From: Octopus sinensis
Lineage: Eukaryota
Reading direction: 5' to 3'
NCBI RefSeq assembly: GCF_006345805.1
Contig: NC_043008.1
Location: 17,794,001-17,858,000, forward strand
DNA length: 64,000 nt
Position numbers and translations under genes: made by a program
The notes under the pieces: generated by a model
The model's input: the letters and a program-made list of their open reading frames with translations, nothing else
Databases searched by the model: none
What the model was told of the DNA's origin: nothing
Part shown: in pieces, positions 51,949 through 64,000 of the stretch
How the letters are laid out: the number at the start of each line of letters is the position of its first letter
Position numbering within the stretch: the stretch's first letter is position 1

Positions 51949-52830
51949 TCAAAAATGCTAAGAGTAAAAGATGTTTTATATGACACATTCTACCAGTGTC
52001 CGAAGTTTAAAAGTGTTTAGTCACAAAAAATTATTCTTTTAAATCTGTAGGTCTAAAGGTAAAGATCCAGTTGTAACACTTTGGATATACTTCTGAGTTA
52101 CGGTCGAAATGCTGTTACGGTCGAAAGCACATAAAGCATTTAACAAAAAAATGTGAGAAACACATATTGCTTCTAGTCTGCACTTTTAGCCGTATGTTGA
52201 TTCCAGTGAAGGACATCCGTACACATTGAGGTGAGCCCCTGATATATTTTAAATAGAAATACTGCAATTTATTATAACTCGATGTTATTGATCTAGAAGA
52301 GAAAATTCCAGAATGATTTCCTGATTGCGTCTCATGTGTCATATGTCTTTCTAATCTATCATATTTCTATAGAATCTGATGTTTTTTCCCTGTCTATTTA
52401 TTGGATTCGGTTTCTTTTGTTTGGATATGTCTTCCCCTGACGTAAACGTTTACTTGGTTTTGATAATATTTGTTTCACAATTTCCAGTTTATTGGAAGAA
52501 ACAATCTCTTTCTTTAAACTGTATCATAAAACATGCCTTGACAAGATCATATTCTCTATATGACAATACACAAGGATATACTTGGCGTCAATTTTTTTCC
52601 ACCACTTTTCACATTTCATGTCCTGCTGCTTCTTTCTGCAGAAATGGAAAGTGTTTTTAGAATTCTTGATTGTTTGTTTGTTTGTTTGTTTGTTTTTTGC
52701 TTGTTATTTTCATTTATTCCCCTGGTTTTTTCATTTGTCCACTAAGAATGATTTTGATTCGATCATTTCTGTATTATTCTCGACTGTCATTTTTCAAGTT
52801 ACATTGAGTTGCTTCGTGTTACACTTATAT

Positions 52831-53060
52831 TTGGAGAGCTGGCAGAAACGTTAGCACGCCGGGCGAAATGCGTAGCCGTATTTCGTCTGCCGTTACGTTT
52901 TGAGTTCAAATTCCGCCGAGGTCGACTTTGCCTTTCATCCTTTCGGGGTCGATAAATTAAGTACCAGTTACGCACTGGGGTCGATATTATCGACTTAATC
53001 CGTTTGTCTGTCCTTGTTTGTCCTCTCTGTGTTTGGCCCCTTGTGGGTAGTAAATAAATA
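52831..53060 (+). mobile_element. SINE family A monomer (young)
   Basis: Nearly identical to the first unit of the 38043 copy. Confidence 0.92.
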
Positions 53061-53914
53061 TATATTATTGCTGCTTGTGTGGAACCAAGAACAATTTTCT
53101 TTAGTTTTGTGGCTGAGTACTTGTTTAGTATGTTAGTAGTTATCTTACGTTTATTCTTGAATAATGAATTCCCTTCGTACACATATGTCAGTGTGTGTAT
53201 TGCAGTTTACTAGATACATGTGCCCCGAAAACCCATACAATGCACGAATGACCATCTACTGTAAGAGATCCCTACTTCAACGTTCTGTTTTTGTCAGGTT
53301 TTGATATTTATCTACCCATGTGTAGACTACTCTGCTTTTTATGAGTAAATATTCATGTCAACATGCGGATCTACGTACTAAATATTGCCTTATATTTGTG
53401 TTGTACTTCTGGCAATATACTAACAGCTAGAAGGTAAAGAATTTACTGCTTCATATCATTGTAAAAATAATTCAATTTCACGAATGTGAGAATATCGAAA
53501 TATATGTTTTTGTGAATTATTAAAGTTTTAACAGGATACAATTTCTGAAACTGTCGTAACATGATTCATACTTTAATCACATTGGATTCAAGGTACATCA
53601 CATATATTCCGCACCAGATATTTTGCATTTTTTAAATGTATGAAGCATTTGTAATGGAGATACTTTCTGTGGCACTGCATTCGTGATAAGTTTGGTGGCG
53701 ATAAATAGCACTAGATCTATCTGATAGTCGCAGTATACATAATAAAATGTATGTTTTACATACATACATAATCCCACATACATGCATAAATACATACTTA
53801 CATACATAAAACCGTTACTTGAGGCTACAAATTGTCAGAGAGAGGTTCTGACTACCCACCGATTTCAAGTACTGCATTATTCAGCCATGCAATTTATTCT
53901 TTCGCTGATATAGT

Positions 53915-54125
53915 CATCATTATCATCATCATTTCACGTCCGTTTCCATGCTGGCATAGACTGGATGATTCGGGGGGGGGGGGACCGACGAGCTGCGTAA
54001 AGCACAAATGTCATTTTTGCTATAGCTTCTACGGCTGGATGCCCTCGTATCGCCAGTCATTTTACTGAGTGTACTACATGATTTTTACCTGTCACCGGCA
54101 TTAGTGATGATGCCATGTAACTTAC
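53915..54125 (-). mobile_element. SINE or LINE-tail-derived element (family E) with (GAT)n tail
   Basis: atcatcatttcacgtccgtttccatgctggcat...ctacggctggatgccctc...cgccagtca resembles RTE-type 3' ends (recalled similarity); (TCA)n at the left is the tail. Confidence 0.55.
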
Positions 54126-55880
54126 AAGACAGACAAGAAGAGGATAAAAGGAATAGGCAAACCTTACACTAATAGGTGAAAGTATTGGGTGAGGGCTGGA
54201 TTTATGCCAGTCGTATAATTAAAGGACAAGCTCCGGTGTCTTGATATAGAGAACATAAAGAATATCAATCCATGACGACGGATTGCCCGAATTATTACAG
54301 CGTCTGTTAAGATGTCTTGCTTAATTAGTTTCTAATCTTTGCATCTTAAGAGGAAAGTCTGCGAAGACAGAAATGCTAGGCACTAACAACTCAAGACGAA
54401 GGACTTTATGATGAATAGTGTTAGTAACGTGGAGAGACGAGATTTAAACCTAAAACCAAAACTAGTCTTTCACAAAAATCCAAGCGTAGGCTACATATAT
54501 AAATGCAATTACACGGTTAAGATATGATTTATTTTTGTAAGGAAATATAAAAAGGTAGAAAATATTATTTACGAACATTTAATCTCAAATTAATGAAATC
54601 AAAGAAGGGTAGTGAATCGACATATGTAAATGAGCAAATGCATTAGGATATCACACCTGAAATATGAAAAGGAATTTAATCAAGTCAACATTTGAAATCA
54701 CAACATGAATGTGAACTACAAAACCCGGCTATTTACACAAACCAATTTTAGGGGAATATACGACATTCTTTATGAAATATATTAATGAATATATCAATAC
54801 ATGCGGATTGCTTTCAGATAAAGATGAACACACATGCGTACGTAGATGGAAGTCAGCTCATCGAGTATGAAAACTTCCTAAACTCAGTAGTAATGCCATG
54901 CTAATCTGAAGGGAGTTTAAGAATTTCTTGTGCGTGATTTTTTTTTGTGAGGGAGTAAAGAGGTGCAGAATGACGAACCCACATTTCAGCGCAATCACAT
55001 GTAATGCTTGGGGCACAACAGAGGTTGCAACGACCAGAAAACGACTGCAGATCAGTTCTCCTATACAGTTTTGCCTTCATCTAGAAGTAGGGGTATTTCA
55101 CTTCCAGTAATTCAACAGCTGTTTATGCCAAAGCAGGGACACTTGTTTCCCTACAACTCAAATGATCTGGAATTTTTATAACAGACCATGAATAGCGGAT
55201 GCAGTTTAAAGATACCAGAATAATAATCATATATATTGAACACATACACACTCATATATGACAGTTTACTATAAATTTAGTTCCAAATAATTATTGCGTA
55301 AAATATACATATAATATTAAATTAATTTTTATTACTCTCACTAATAGGGCTTAATATATATGTATATGCATATATATATATATATATATATATATTGTGC
55401 ATATTAAATGTATTTATATGCATATATATGCGTGTGTGTTTGTGTTTGAGTGTGTGTATATCCGTGCGTGTGTGTGTGCTTGCGCATGTGTGTGTGCCTA
55501 CTCGTGAATTTAAAGATTTTGATTTTGCTGGCTTCGTACATGATGTTGGAAAGATATGAATTAAAGAGTGTTTACGTTCCATTTGGTTGTAGGTATTTTA
55601 TTTTCATTCTTTAACGTTCGGTCTATAAATCAATGACTTCAAGCTGAAGATAGATAGACGAGACACAAAGATAAGCCAAGTAAAGTTGAAAGTTCTACTG
55701 GTGGAGCATGAAACTGAATATCTAAACTTAAATCAATGACAAACAATGGGGATACAATGATAAATATAGAGGAGGAAAATTTACATAATTACTTATATTA
55801 ATAAAGACATGTACAGAATTATATATGTATATACATACATAAATACATATATACATACACACATACACGCACTCATATGC

Positions 55881-55994
55881 ATATGCCTTTGACATACCAT
55901 ATAACAACATGGACGCCAAGCTGAAGAAGTTTATAAAGAGTAAAAATAACCACGATACGTTTGTGTATATTGCGTATGTTTATACATATGTATA

Positions 55995-56060
<66 letters not shown>

Positions 56061-56210
56061 TATATATATACACATACATACACTCATACACACACATATA
56101 AATATGCCTTTGACATACCATATAACAACATGGACACCAAGTTGAAGAAGTTTATAAAGAATAAAACTAACCACGATACGTTGTGTATATTCTGTATGTT
56201 TATACATATG
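55881..56210 (+). repeat. Two diverged direct copies of a ~110-bp core, 221-bp period
   Basis: atatgcctttgacataccatataacaacatggac...gtttatacatatg at 55881 and 56102, separated by TA/CA microsatellite. Confidence 0.88.
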
Positions 56211-56228
56211 TGTATCTATGTATGCATA

Positions 56229-56291
<63 letters not shown>

Positions 56292-56342
56292 TATATATAT
56301 GTGCACACACACTCATATATATATACATACATATATATATAC

Positions 56343-56385
<43 letters not shown>

Positions 56386-56419
56386 TATATGGATAGATAT
56401 ATATACATACACACACACA

Positions 56420-56475
<56 letters not shown>

Positions 56476-56873
56476 CATATGCTTATACATATACAAATGA
56501 AGTTTGCGCTAGTACATATAATACCATGAAGACAAAGTTATGAGGTTTGTGTAATTTAAAAATAACTGAGACTTCACTCCAAATTGTCAGTGGCACGTCT
56601 CCCGAAAGTTACTTGTGTGTCTAATTGTATTAGAGGAGGTAAGATAAGTTCTGTATTTGAAATAACAATAGTGAAGGAGGGAAATAGGAGAGCAATTATT
56701 ATTAAATTTGTTCAATTTAAATAAAAATTTTGTTAGACATGGCTTCAGGAGGAGGCACATACAAACGAACACACAAGCATGCACACTTGTATACACACAT
56801 AAACACAAACACACACACACACATATATATATATGTGTGTGTTTGTCCGTATAAATATATATATATGTATGAG

Positions 56874-56915
<42 letters not shown>

Positions 56916-57006
56916 AGTCAAATGTAAAGTTTAAGAATTAAGGCTAAGAAAATACGTGTTAAACACAGTATCGAAACCTTATTTATATATATCTTATATA
57001 TATATA

Positions 57007-57099
<93 letters not shown>

Positions 57100-57257
57100 T
57101 ATATGTACGTAAGTATTTATGTATATTTCCAGATACCCATATAGGTATATATACGTTTGTATATTTGAGAATATATACGTATAAAGATTAATAAACATAT
57201 GTAGTATTGTATTCTTTGTATGCAAATAAATTCATGCATATATGCACACTCACATCT

Positions 57258-57290
<33 letters not shown>

Positions 57291-57812
57291 CACACTCCAT
57301 GTATATGTATGTGTATGTGCGTGTGCATGTATGTTTGTGCTCAGATATGAGTATATGTGAATTTATGATCAGGCATCTGTATATTCCTGCATTAACATCT
57401 ACAAAGTTCTAGATAGCTCTTAGCACAACAGGAACAGAAAAAGTTCATGTCATACACGAATGTTCAGAACACGTTTTGTCGGAATTGAACAGGATTCTGT
57501 CCATTTCTGATACGTTTTATATTTATATAAGTACGTGTCTCAATCAATAACTATTTAACTTTTCTCAATAGCAAAGTTTTGAAATTTACTCGGTGGTTTC
57601 TCAATATGGAAGTATCTTCCTCTCTCTATCGATTTAAGCTCTGAAGAGTTGTTACTGGGAATCCATGAGTCTTAATACACGATACTAATACAATGCTTGC
57701 TTTATAACTTTTGCTACTTGCAAACTGCTTACTGGTGGTGCCCCAGCATGGCCACAGTCTCAAGGCTCAAACATATAAGACAATAAAAATTATAAATACA
57801 TCATATATATAT

Positions 57813-58029
57813 AAAATGTGATCTCTTGAGCACCACCAGCTCAAATATTTTTCCTCTGTCTTCCCTTCTTGGGATCTTTCCTTCTCCTTGTTTCTGACGA
57901 AGAGCTCCGCTCGAAACGTTAAACCCTCCTCCCTTCTTTCCTGAGCGTCAATAATACTTTAATTGTTCCACGTCCTGCGTTGCTGTATTGTTTTTCTCTT
58001 TTTTTCTGTGTTTTCTTGTTTGGATTAAC
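57813..58029 (+). mobile_element. Short element, probably Penelope-derived (family P1), with intact hammerhead core
   Basis: aaaatgtga start and ttggattaact end, as in the other P1 copies. Confidence 0.78.
57890..57924 (+). ncRNA. Minimal type-I hammerhead ribozyme motif
   Basis: GUUU CUGACGA A GAGC UCC GCUC GAAA CGUU AAAC: canonical CUGANGA and GAAA boxes, 4-bp stem II, 4-bp stem I, palindromic AACGUU in place of helix III. Confidence 0.65.
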
Positions 58030-58043
58030 TATATATATATATA

Positions 58044-58450
58044 TGGAGTGGCTGTGTTTTAAGTAGCTTGCTTACCAACCACATAGTTCCGGGTTCAGTC
58101 CCACTGCGTGGCAACTTGGGCAAGTTTCTTGTACTATAGCCTCGGGCCGACCAAAGCCTTGTGAGTGGATTTGGTAGATGGAAACTGAAAGAAGTCCCTC
58201 GTATATATGTATACATATATATATGCGTGTATGTGTTTGTGTGTCTGTGCTTGCCCCCCCCCCCCAACATTGTCTGACAAACGATGCTGGTGAGTTTGCG
58301 TCCCCGTAACTTAGAGGTTCGGCAAAAGAGACCGATAGAATAAGTACTAGGATTACAAAGAAAAAGTCCTGGGGTCGATTTGCTCGCCTAAAGGCGGTGC
58401 TCCAGCATGGCCGCAGTCAAATGCCTGAAACAAGTAAAAGAGTAACGAGT
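58044..58450 (+). mobile_element. SINE family B, near full length
   Basis: ggagtggctgtgtttt aagtagcttgc head, agttccgggttcagtcc B-box, internal microsatellite, cctgaaacaagtaaaagagt tail. Confidence 0.9.
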
Positions 58451-58477
58451 ATATATATATGCAAATTGCGTTGTTAC

Positions 58478-58585
58478 ATATATCCGTTCGTTATATTTAG
58501 GGTGGAGGTTTGGAGGTTCCATTCTGCTAGCAAAGTTAATAATATATTCCCCATTGCTCAAAACGTCTTTGCAACATTCGATGAC
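58478..58585 (-). CDS. Candidate coding exon, phase 0-0: VIECCKDVLSNGEYIINFASRMEPPNLHPKYNERIY
   Basis: Acceptor ggtcatttctag, donor TAT|gtaaca, 108 nt; the other two frames contain stops; protein not recognised. Confidence 0.42.
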
Positions 58586-58894
58586 CTAGAAATGACCAAG
58601 TCTTGAATTGAATAATTCATGAAGTCACGCCTTACAAACTATTGGAATGTGAAGGAAAATTTTGATAATCTGAAGGCAATTTCTAAGAGAAAAATAGTTC
58701 GTGCGGGGTAACTTCCTAACTGATAGCGTGAATAGCATTTTGGGTGAAAATTTTGACGTTTCTGGTACGTGATGTCGTGTTGAAGGAACGAGTTTTGTCG
58801 ATGGCGGCGAGCTGTGCAAAAACGTGTTATATCTATATATCTATCTATATATATCTATCTATCTATATATATATATATATATAATATATATATA

Positions 58895-58941
<47 letters not shown>

Positions 58942-58947
58942 ACAATA

Positions 58948-59251
58948 ACCATTATAATTTATGCGTCTCGAAACAACCGATAGAAATTTCAAAAAATCTG
59001 TTATTACCGTATTGGTCCCAATTTCGGGGTAAATTCATAAGACTTTTCCCCTCTTCAGCGATAAATTTGCTCATGACTTGGTGCTTGCTTTTTCCATGGG
59101 TATGAGTAAGTATTTCACTTATATCTCACGTATTTATCGCTGAAGAGGGGAAAATTCTTATGAATTAAACCCGAAATTAGGACCAATACGGTAATAACGG
59201 ATTTTTAGAAATTTCTATCGGTTTGTTTCGAGACGCATAAATTATAATGGT
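58948..59251. mobile_element. Foldback/MITE-like element (~119-bp arms, 65-bp spacer)
   Basis: accattataatttatgcgtctcgaaac...cagcgataaat (58948-59066) is the reverse complement of atttatcgctg...gagacgcataaattataatggt (59132-59251). Confidence 0.88.
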
Positions 59252-59442
59252 CGTTGACAATTTTTGTCTTTTTTCGGCATATTTGGCATTAGAATTTTTC
59301 TTTTGCCCTCATTTTGTAAATTATTTATAAATTTAACCTTGAAAGGTATTTTTTGATATGCTGGCCATTGATAACATTTTTTTCCCGAAAAAATTTTTAT
59401 CCTACATTAGTTATATATATATATATATTTATATATACTTAC

Positions 59443-59493
59443 TTCAGTTCACATCTATTCATGAGTCGGCTGAACGGTTCATTCATAGGATGA
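59443..59493 (-). CDS. Candidate coding exon, phase 2-2: HPMNEPFSRLMNRCEL
   Basis: Acceptor cttcactccttcatag, donor GAA|gtaagt, 51 nt; only one frame is open to the donor and it joins the 59930-60014 exon in frame. Confidence 0.4.
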
Positions 59494-59929
59494 CTATGAA
59501 GGAGTGAAGCTAGACCTTTGAAATCTTGCATGCAACTCTCCGTATTAACAACTGTATTGTTTGCTTCCAGATATATTCAAAAACAAGTGCAAGTATATGG
59601 CGAAAAAATTATAGGGAATGTTGACACAGTAATGAAATTTTCTTTCCCGTTTCTTTGTCTCTCTCTTCCCCTCTCTAGTTCTGTGTAAATGTATATATAC
59701 AGTGGACAAGTATATATGCATGTGCTTCAACTGATTTGAAGTGGCTCCTAAATACACAACAATCCAATAAGCATTCATTTATAACAATAGTGATGAACTC
59801 CATGTATCAAAACACTGAATTCTGGTTTTATTTTTTTTATTCAACGTATAGTGTATATGAATATTTCACAATAGACTTCGTCACAGCTCATAAATACATT
59901 TTCCTGGATACTATAGTCATACATTTCAC

Positions 59930-60014
59930 CTGACCTGTTTTACTTCATATGAATGTCCTGGGTTATTTAATCCACAATTCATAAATGGCTTTATACCAGT
60001 TAAATGATAATGTG
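59930..60014 (-). CDS. Candidate coding exon, phase 1-2: HYHLTGIKPFMNCGLNNPGHSYEVKQV
   Basis: Acceptor ttggtcttatcag, donor CAG|gtgaaa (alternative donors nearby); only the phase-1 frame is open, matching the upstream 62068-62124 exon. Confidence 0.4.
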
Positions 60015-60694
60015 CTGATAAGACCAACTCTGTTGTTATACCTTGATATTTTTCTTTTTTTTTACCGTAAATTAACATCGAAATCAGAATTGATTCGCAC
60101 GTTGCCTGATCGAAGTTGACCTAATCTTCCTCATTGCGTAATGCATTCGATTTTAGCTCCAAATCATTGTATGCAATACTACCAAAGACTATAGAATTTG
60201 TCTGGTTGCTGTATTTATTAGAATTAGTAACTATCTATTCCCCATCATTGCCTCATCCTAATCTTGTGCATTTTTATTTTCACTTGTCATTAACAGGTCT
60301 TTGATCTCAAGGATCTGAAAATTTCAGAAATATCTGTTCATTTTCATTGATTCAATGAGAATATTGTGATTGGAAAAATTAACAGGAAATTAAAGAGTAA
60401 TTGCTTAATGTTAAATTGAGATTCAAAATCGCATTAATAATGTAATTGTTTTATTTATGTTATCCCTTTTAATATTAGTCTTAGCATGTCAATAACAGTT
60501 ATATATGACATTTATTAGAAATATGAGTTTATTAATCAACTCATGAAATCGTTTTGCTATTAATATTAGATAAACTGACGTTGATACACACGCTTACACA
60601 CACACACACACAAACGCTTATACATCCATTCATATATTAACTTATATGAGTGTGTGTTCGAGTGTGTGTGTGTAATATTATGTAATATATACTG

Positions 60695-60727
60695 AATATA
60701 GATAGACAGGCAGACAGTCAGACAAGC

Positions 60728-60786
<59 letters not shown>

Positions 60787-60839
60787 CAGAGAGATAGATA
60801 GAGAGAGAAACAGACAGACAGACAGACAAACAGTTAGAC

Positions 60840-60914
<75 letters not shown>

Positions 60915-60945
60915 CAAATAGACAGACAGATAGACAGACTGATAT

Positions 60946-61018
<73 letters not shown>

Positions 61019-61183
61019 TATTAGATAGACAGACAGACAGATATTTGATAGATAGATAGACAGACAGATGTTAGATAGATAGACAGACAGACAGATATTA
61101 GATAAATAGATAGTTAAATAGATAGATAGATAGATGGATGGATGGTGGATCGGTGGATCGGTGGATGGATGGATGGATGGATG

Positions 61184-61243
<60 letters not shown>
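60695..61243. repeat. Long compound (TAGA)n/(CAGA)n/(TGGA)n microsatellite
   Basis: Direct inspection; explains the spurious 230-aa YLSI ORF. Confidence 0.95.
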
Positions 61244-61245
<2 letters not shown>

Positions 61246-61822
61246 GTTGTGTCGCCAATTGTTATGACAATCTTCTTTTACACTATAACCGTGTAGCAAC
61301 AATAAAATGTATAACAATGCAGTGTAGCAACAACGTAAAAATTCATAACACTTTCCACAAACTATACACATACCAACAAACCAAGAAAAGATATTCCGGC
61401 AAACTACCAAAAAGACATCTTACGACTTCCTGCGATTAATTTCTGTCTCACTCATACTCTTCTCTCTATTTTATTCAGACCGCTTGTATTCATGGTTGCT
61501 TTTAAGTTTAGGTGACCGCAACTACATACTTCCGGCAAGTTGGTAAAGCTATTAACAATGATCAAGTAATGTACCCTGGATCACGGATTATATCTGAGGC
61601 CACGATTGGCATTTCACCGGTGGTGCCTTGGCTACTAGCGCACAACTTCTAAATGATTTCATCAAATTTTCAGTATCCCGGTCCAGTGTGGCCAAAACAC
61701 TCAACCCCTCATCAAAGCTTTCATTCTTACATCTCCGGATTAAACAATACCTTATATCTCTTTCATCATTCTTCTCATCACCAGATAGTGTTAATCTAAA
61801 TGCATATGTATATATCACATTC

Positions 61823-62004
61823 AAAATGTGACCGCGTGTGTACCGTTGGCGATTTTTTTCCCTCTGTCTTCCCTTCTCTGGATCTTTCCAGGAACGTTAA
61901 ACCCTCCTTCATTCCTTCTTTCCTGAGCGTACAATAATACTATATTTGTTCCACGTCCTCGCATTGTTGTGTTTTTTTGTGCTTTCTTGTTTGGATCAAC
62001 TAAC
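61823..62004 (+). mobile_element. Family P1 element lacking the hammerhead core
   Basis: Same start and end as the other P1 copies, but ggatctttcc is joined almost directly to gaacgttaaaccc. Confidence 0.78.
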
Positions 62005-62067
62005 TATATATATACATATATATATATATGTATGTATGTATACGTGTGTATGCGTTGCTACGTTCAC

Positions 62068-62124
62068 CTTGGTACTCTTCAAATTGCTGAAGTTGTTGCT
62101 TGTTGTAGTCTACTTCCCGCCAGC
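62068..62124 (-). CDS. Candidate coding exon, phase 1-1: (G)WREVDYNKQQLQQFEEYQ
   Basis: Acceptor tatgtttttaaaag, donor CAAG|gtgaac, 57 nt; the other frames have stops; protein not recognised. Confidence 0.48.
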
Positions 62125-63238
62125 CTTTTAAAAACATAGTATCATAGTATTGCTAATTGGTGAGGATTGGTCATAATTGCAACTCATTAGCTTAGGTGTG
62201 GTATTTTACTTTTTGTCGTAGTATGTCAGCATCAGTTCGACCGTGATTAAGCAGTCTTATGATTAAAATATATTCCAACTGAAACGATGACTCGTACCTT
62301 TTTCTACGCTTAGTTTACCCGGAATATCCAATCAATGTGGCCTTTCTTTTGAAGATTAAACTCTGTTACTTAAAAGAGAACTGTTGCATATTTGTACCAG
62401 CTCTTACAATCACCTAGAGCCTCCGTTGCAGACTTGTAATTAGTCTAAATCTATACCTGCGAAATATATATGACACATTCTTAAACTGTAGCATGGGCTG
62501 CGCATGTTTCCTCATAGACGTATTGACATACAAGTAATTGATATATAGTCCCAACCCGTTAACAGTGAGTCATTAATTTGTATTGATATTTGAAATTATA
62601 ACCTCACTTCTCAGCCATAAATGTATCAAAGAAACATCGAATATTGACTATAAAATATATGCGCTTCTACCTTGAAAGAAGTGATTGTACTGCTATGAAA
62701 ATATGGCAGGAATACTTAGTATAAAGAAATGAAAATTCGTCACAAAGCAATTGTCTTGTTTTTGATGCTGATGTTAAACAGGCTTGAAATCACATTCGTC
62801 ATCCTTTTCTCTTTACTTAAATTATTGTATTCTAGACTTCCCTGTTATGTTTCTTTTTCCTATGTTAAGACAGAAGTTTGTGATGCAAAATATATATTTG
62901 GCTTCTCTCTGAGTAATATGCGTTGAAATACAAACTCTAAGACAACTGGTTTCCAGAAATGTTTCTGAAATATTCTAAACAATTTTAGTAATAAGGTATG
63001 TCCCTCATTTTTGCATTACTAAGTGCCCTAATTTTATAACATACTATAAAATAAACAAAGTTCAAAGATAAAAAAGCGTATCGGTATCGCAAATTGAGAG
63101 GTTGCTTGATGTATCTGAAGAAATAATAGCAAAAATTTCTTAAATTATATATAGCATGAAGAACTGAAAGAAGCGGTCTGAAGTCGACAATAAATTTGGC
63201 TGAAGGTCATCATCAGGTTACTGTAAATATAAACATAT

Positions 63239-63401
63239 AGGTGCAGGAGTGGCTGTGTGGTAAGTAGTTTGCTTACCAACTACATGGTTCCGGGTTCAAT
63301 CCCACTACGTGGCACCTTAGGCAAGTGTCTTCTACTTTAGCCTCGGGCCTACCAAAGCCTTGTGAGTGGATTTGGTAGACGGAAACTGAAAGAAGCCCGT
63401 C

Positions 63402-63484
<83 letters not shown>

Positions 63485-63680
63485 GTGTATCTGTTTGCCC
63501 TCCAACATCGTTTGACAACCTATGCTGGTGTGTTTAGGTCCCCGTAACTTAGCGGTTCGGCAAAAGAGACCGATAGAATAAATACTAGGCTTACAAAGAA
63601 TAAGTCCTGGGGTCGATTTGATTCGACTAAAGGCGGTGCTCCAGCACGGCCGCAGTCAGATGACTAAAACAAGTAAAAGT
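63239..63680 (+). mobile_element. Full-length SINE family B
   Basis: aggtgcaggagtggctgtgtggtaag head, ggttccgggttcaatcc B-box, internal (TA)n(TG)n, gactaaaacaagtaaaag tail. Confidence 0.92.
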
Positions 63681-64000
63681 GTATTTGATTAGATATACAC
63701 ATGATAACCTTTTGTCTATATGTCACCACAACGAAGCAGAAATCACTTGTTGAAGAAGAGAGATATTTCCTCGATTGTGAGTCGATGGCACTCAGAAAAA
63801 TCCGATGATATATAACGTTTCAAATCCTCTCTGTAACAGACATGTATCCATGGTCAAAACTGTTATCTCATATTGTATCTATCGAACACACCGATCTACA
63901 TAGTGCTTTAAAATAATAAATAAACACTAAAACCGTTGTGTTTCCTTTAGGAAATACATTAACGATCCGTCCAAATGCTGTTTAACTTTAAACTATACAT

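Noticed and set aside
60566-61258. 230-aa ORF and the many other YI/CV/YLSI/IIII ORFs
   Set aside because: They are translations of di-, tri- and tetranucleotide microsatellites.
61618-61795. Minus-strand open frame LTLSGDEKNDERDIRYC... as an exon
   Set aside because: It starts in phase 2, incompatible with the phase-1 end of the 62068 exon, and several donors compete; unresolved.
63170-63225. Minus-strand CUGAUGA as another hammerhead
   Set aside because: No GAAA box follows the putative stem II.

Overview
AT-rich, microsatellite-dense animal genomic DNA. The SINE families and the density of simple repeats suggest an octopus/coleoid cephalopod (inference from recalled repeat families, not a database result). 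Most ORF-track entries are microsatellite or antisense artefacts. Supported content: (1) a full-length but disabled ~3.9 kb R4/Dong-clade RLE non-LTR retrotransposon sitting in a (TAA)n tract; (2) CR1-like and RTE-like LINE fragments, one with an internal inversion; (3) Tc1 and mariner transposase remnants and several MITE/foldback elements; (4) at least five tRNA-type SINE families, one forming head-to-tail concatemers; (5) two short families, probably Penelope-derived, carrying minimal hammerhead-ribozyme motifs with compensatory base-pair changes; (6) a 34-position pri-miRNA-like hairpin; (7) a ~1.9 kb tandem duplication bounded by microhomology; (8) several short canonical-splice-site exon candidates on the minus strand that may belong to one unidentified multi-exon gene spanning the window. 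Exon calls were made by hand and chance matches of this size are common, so they carry modest confidence. No rRNA, true tRNA or CRISPR array was found.
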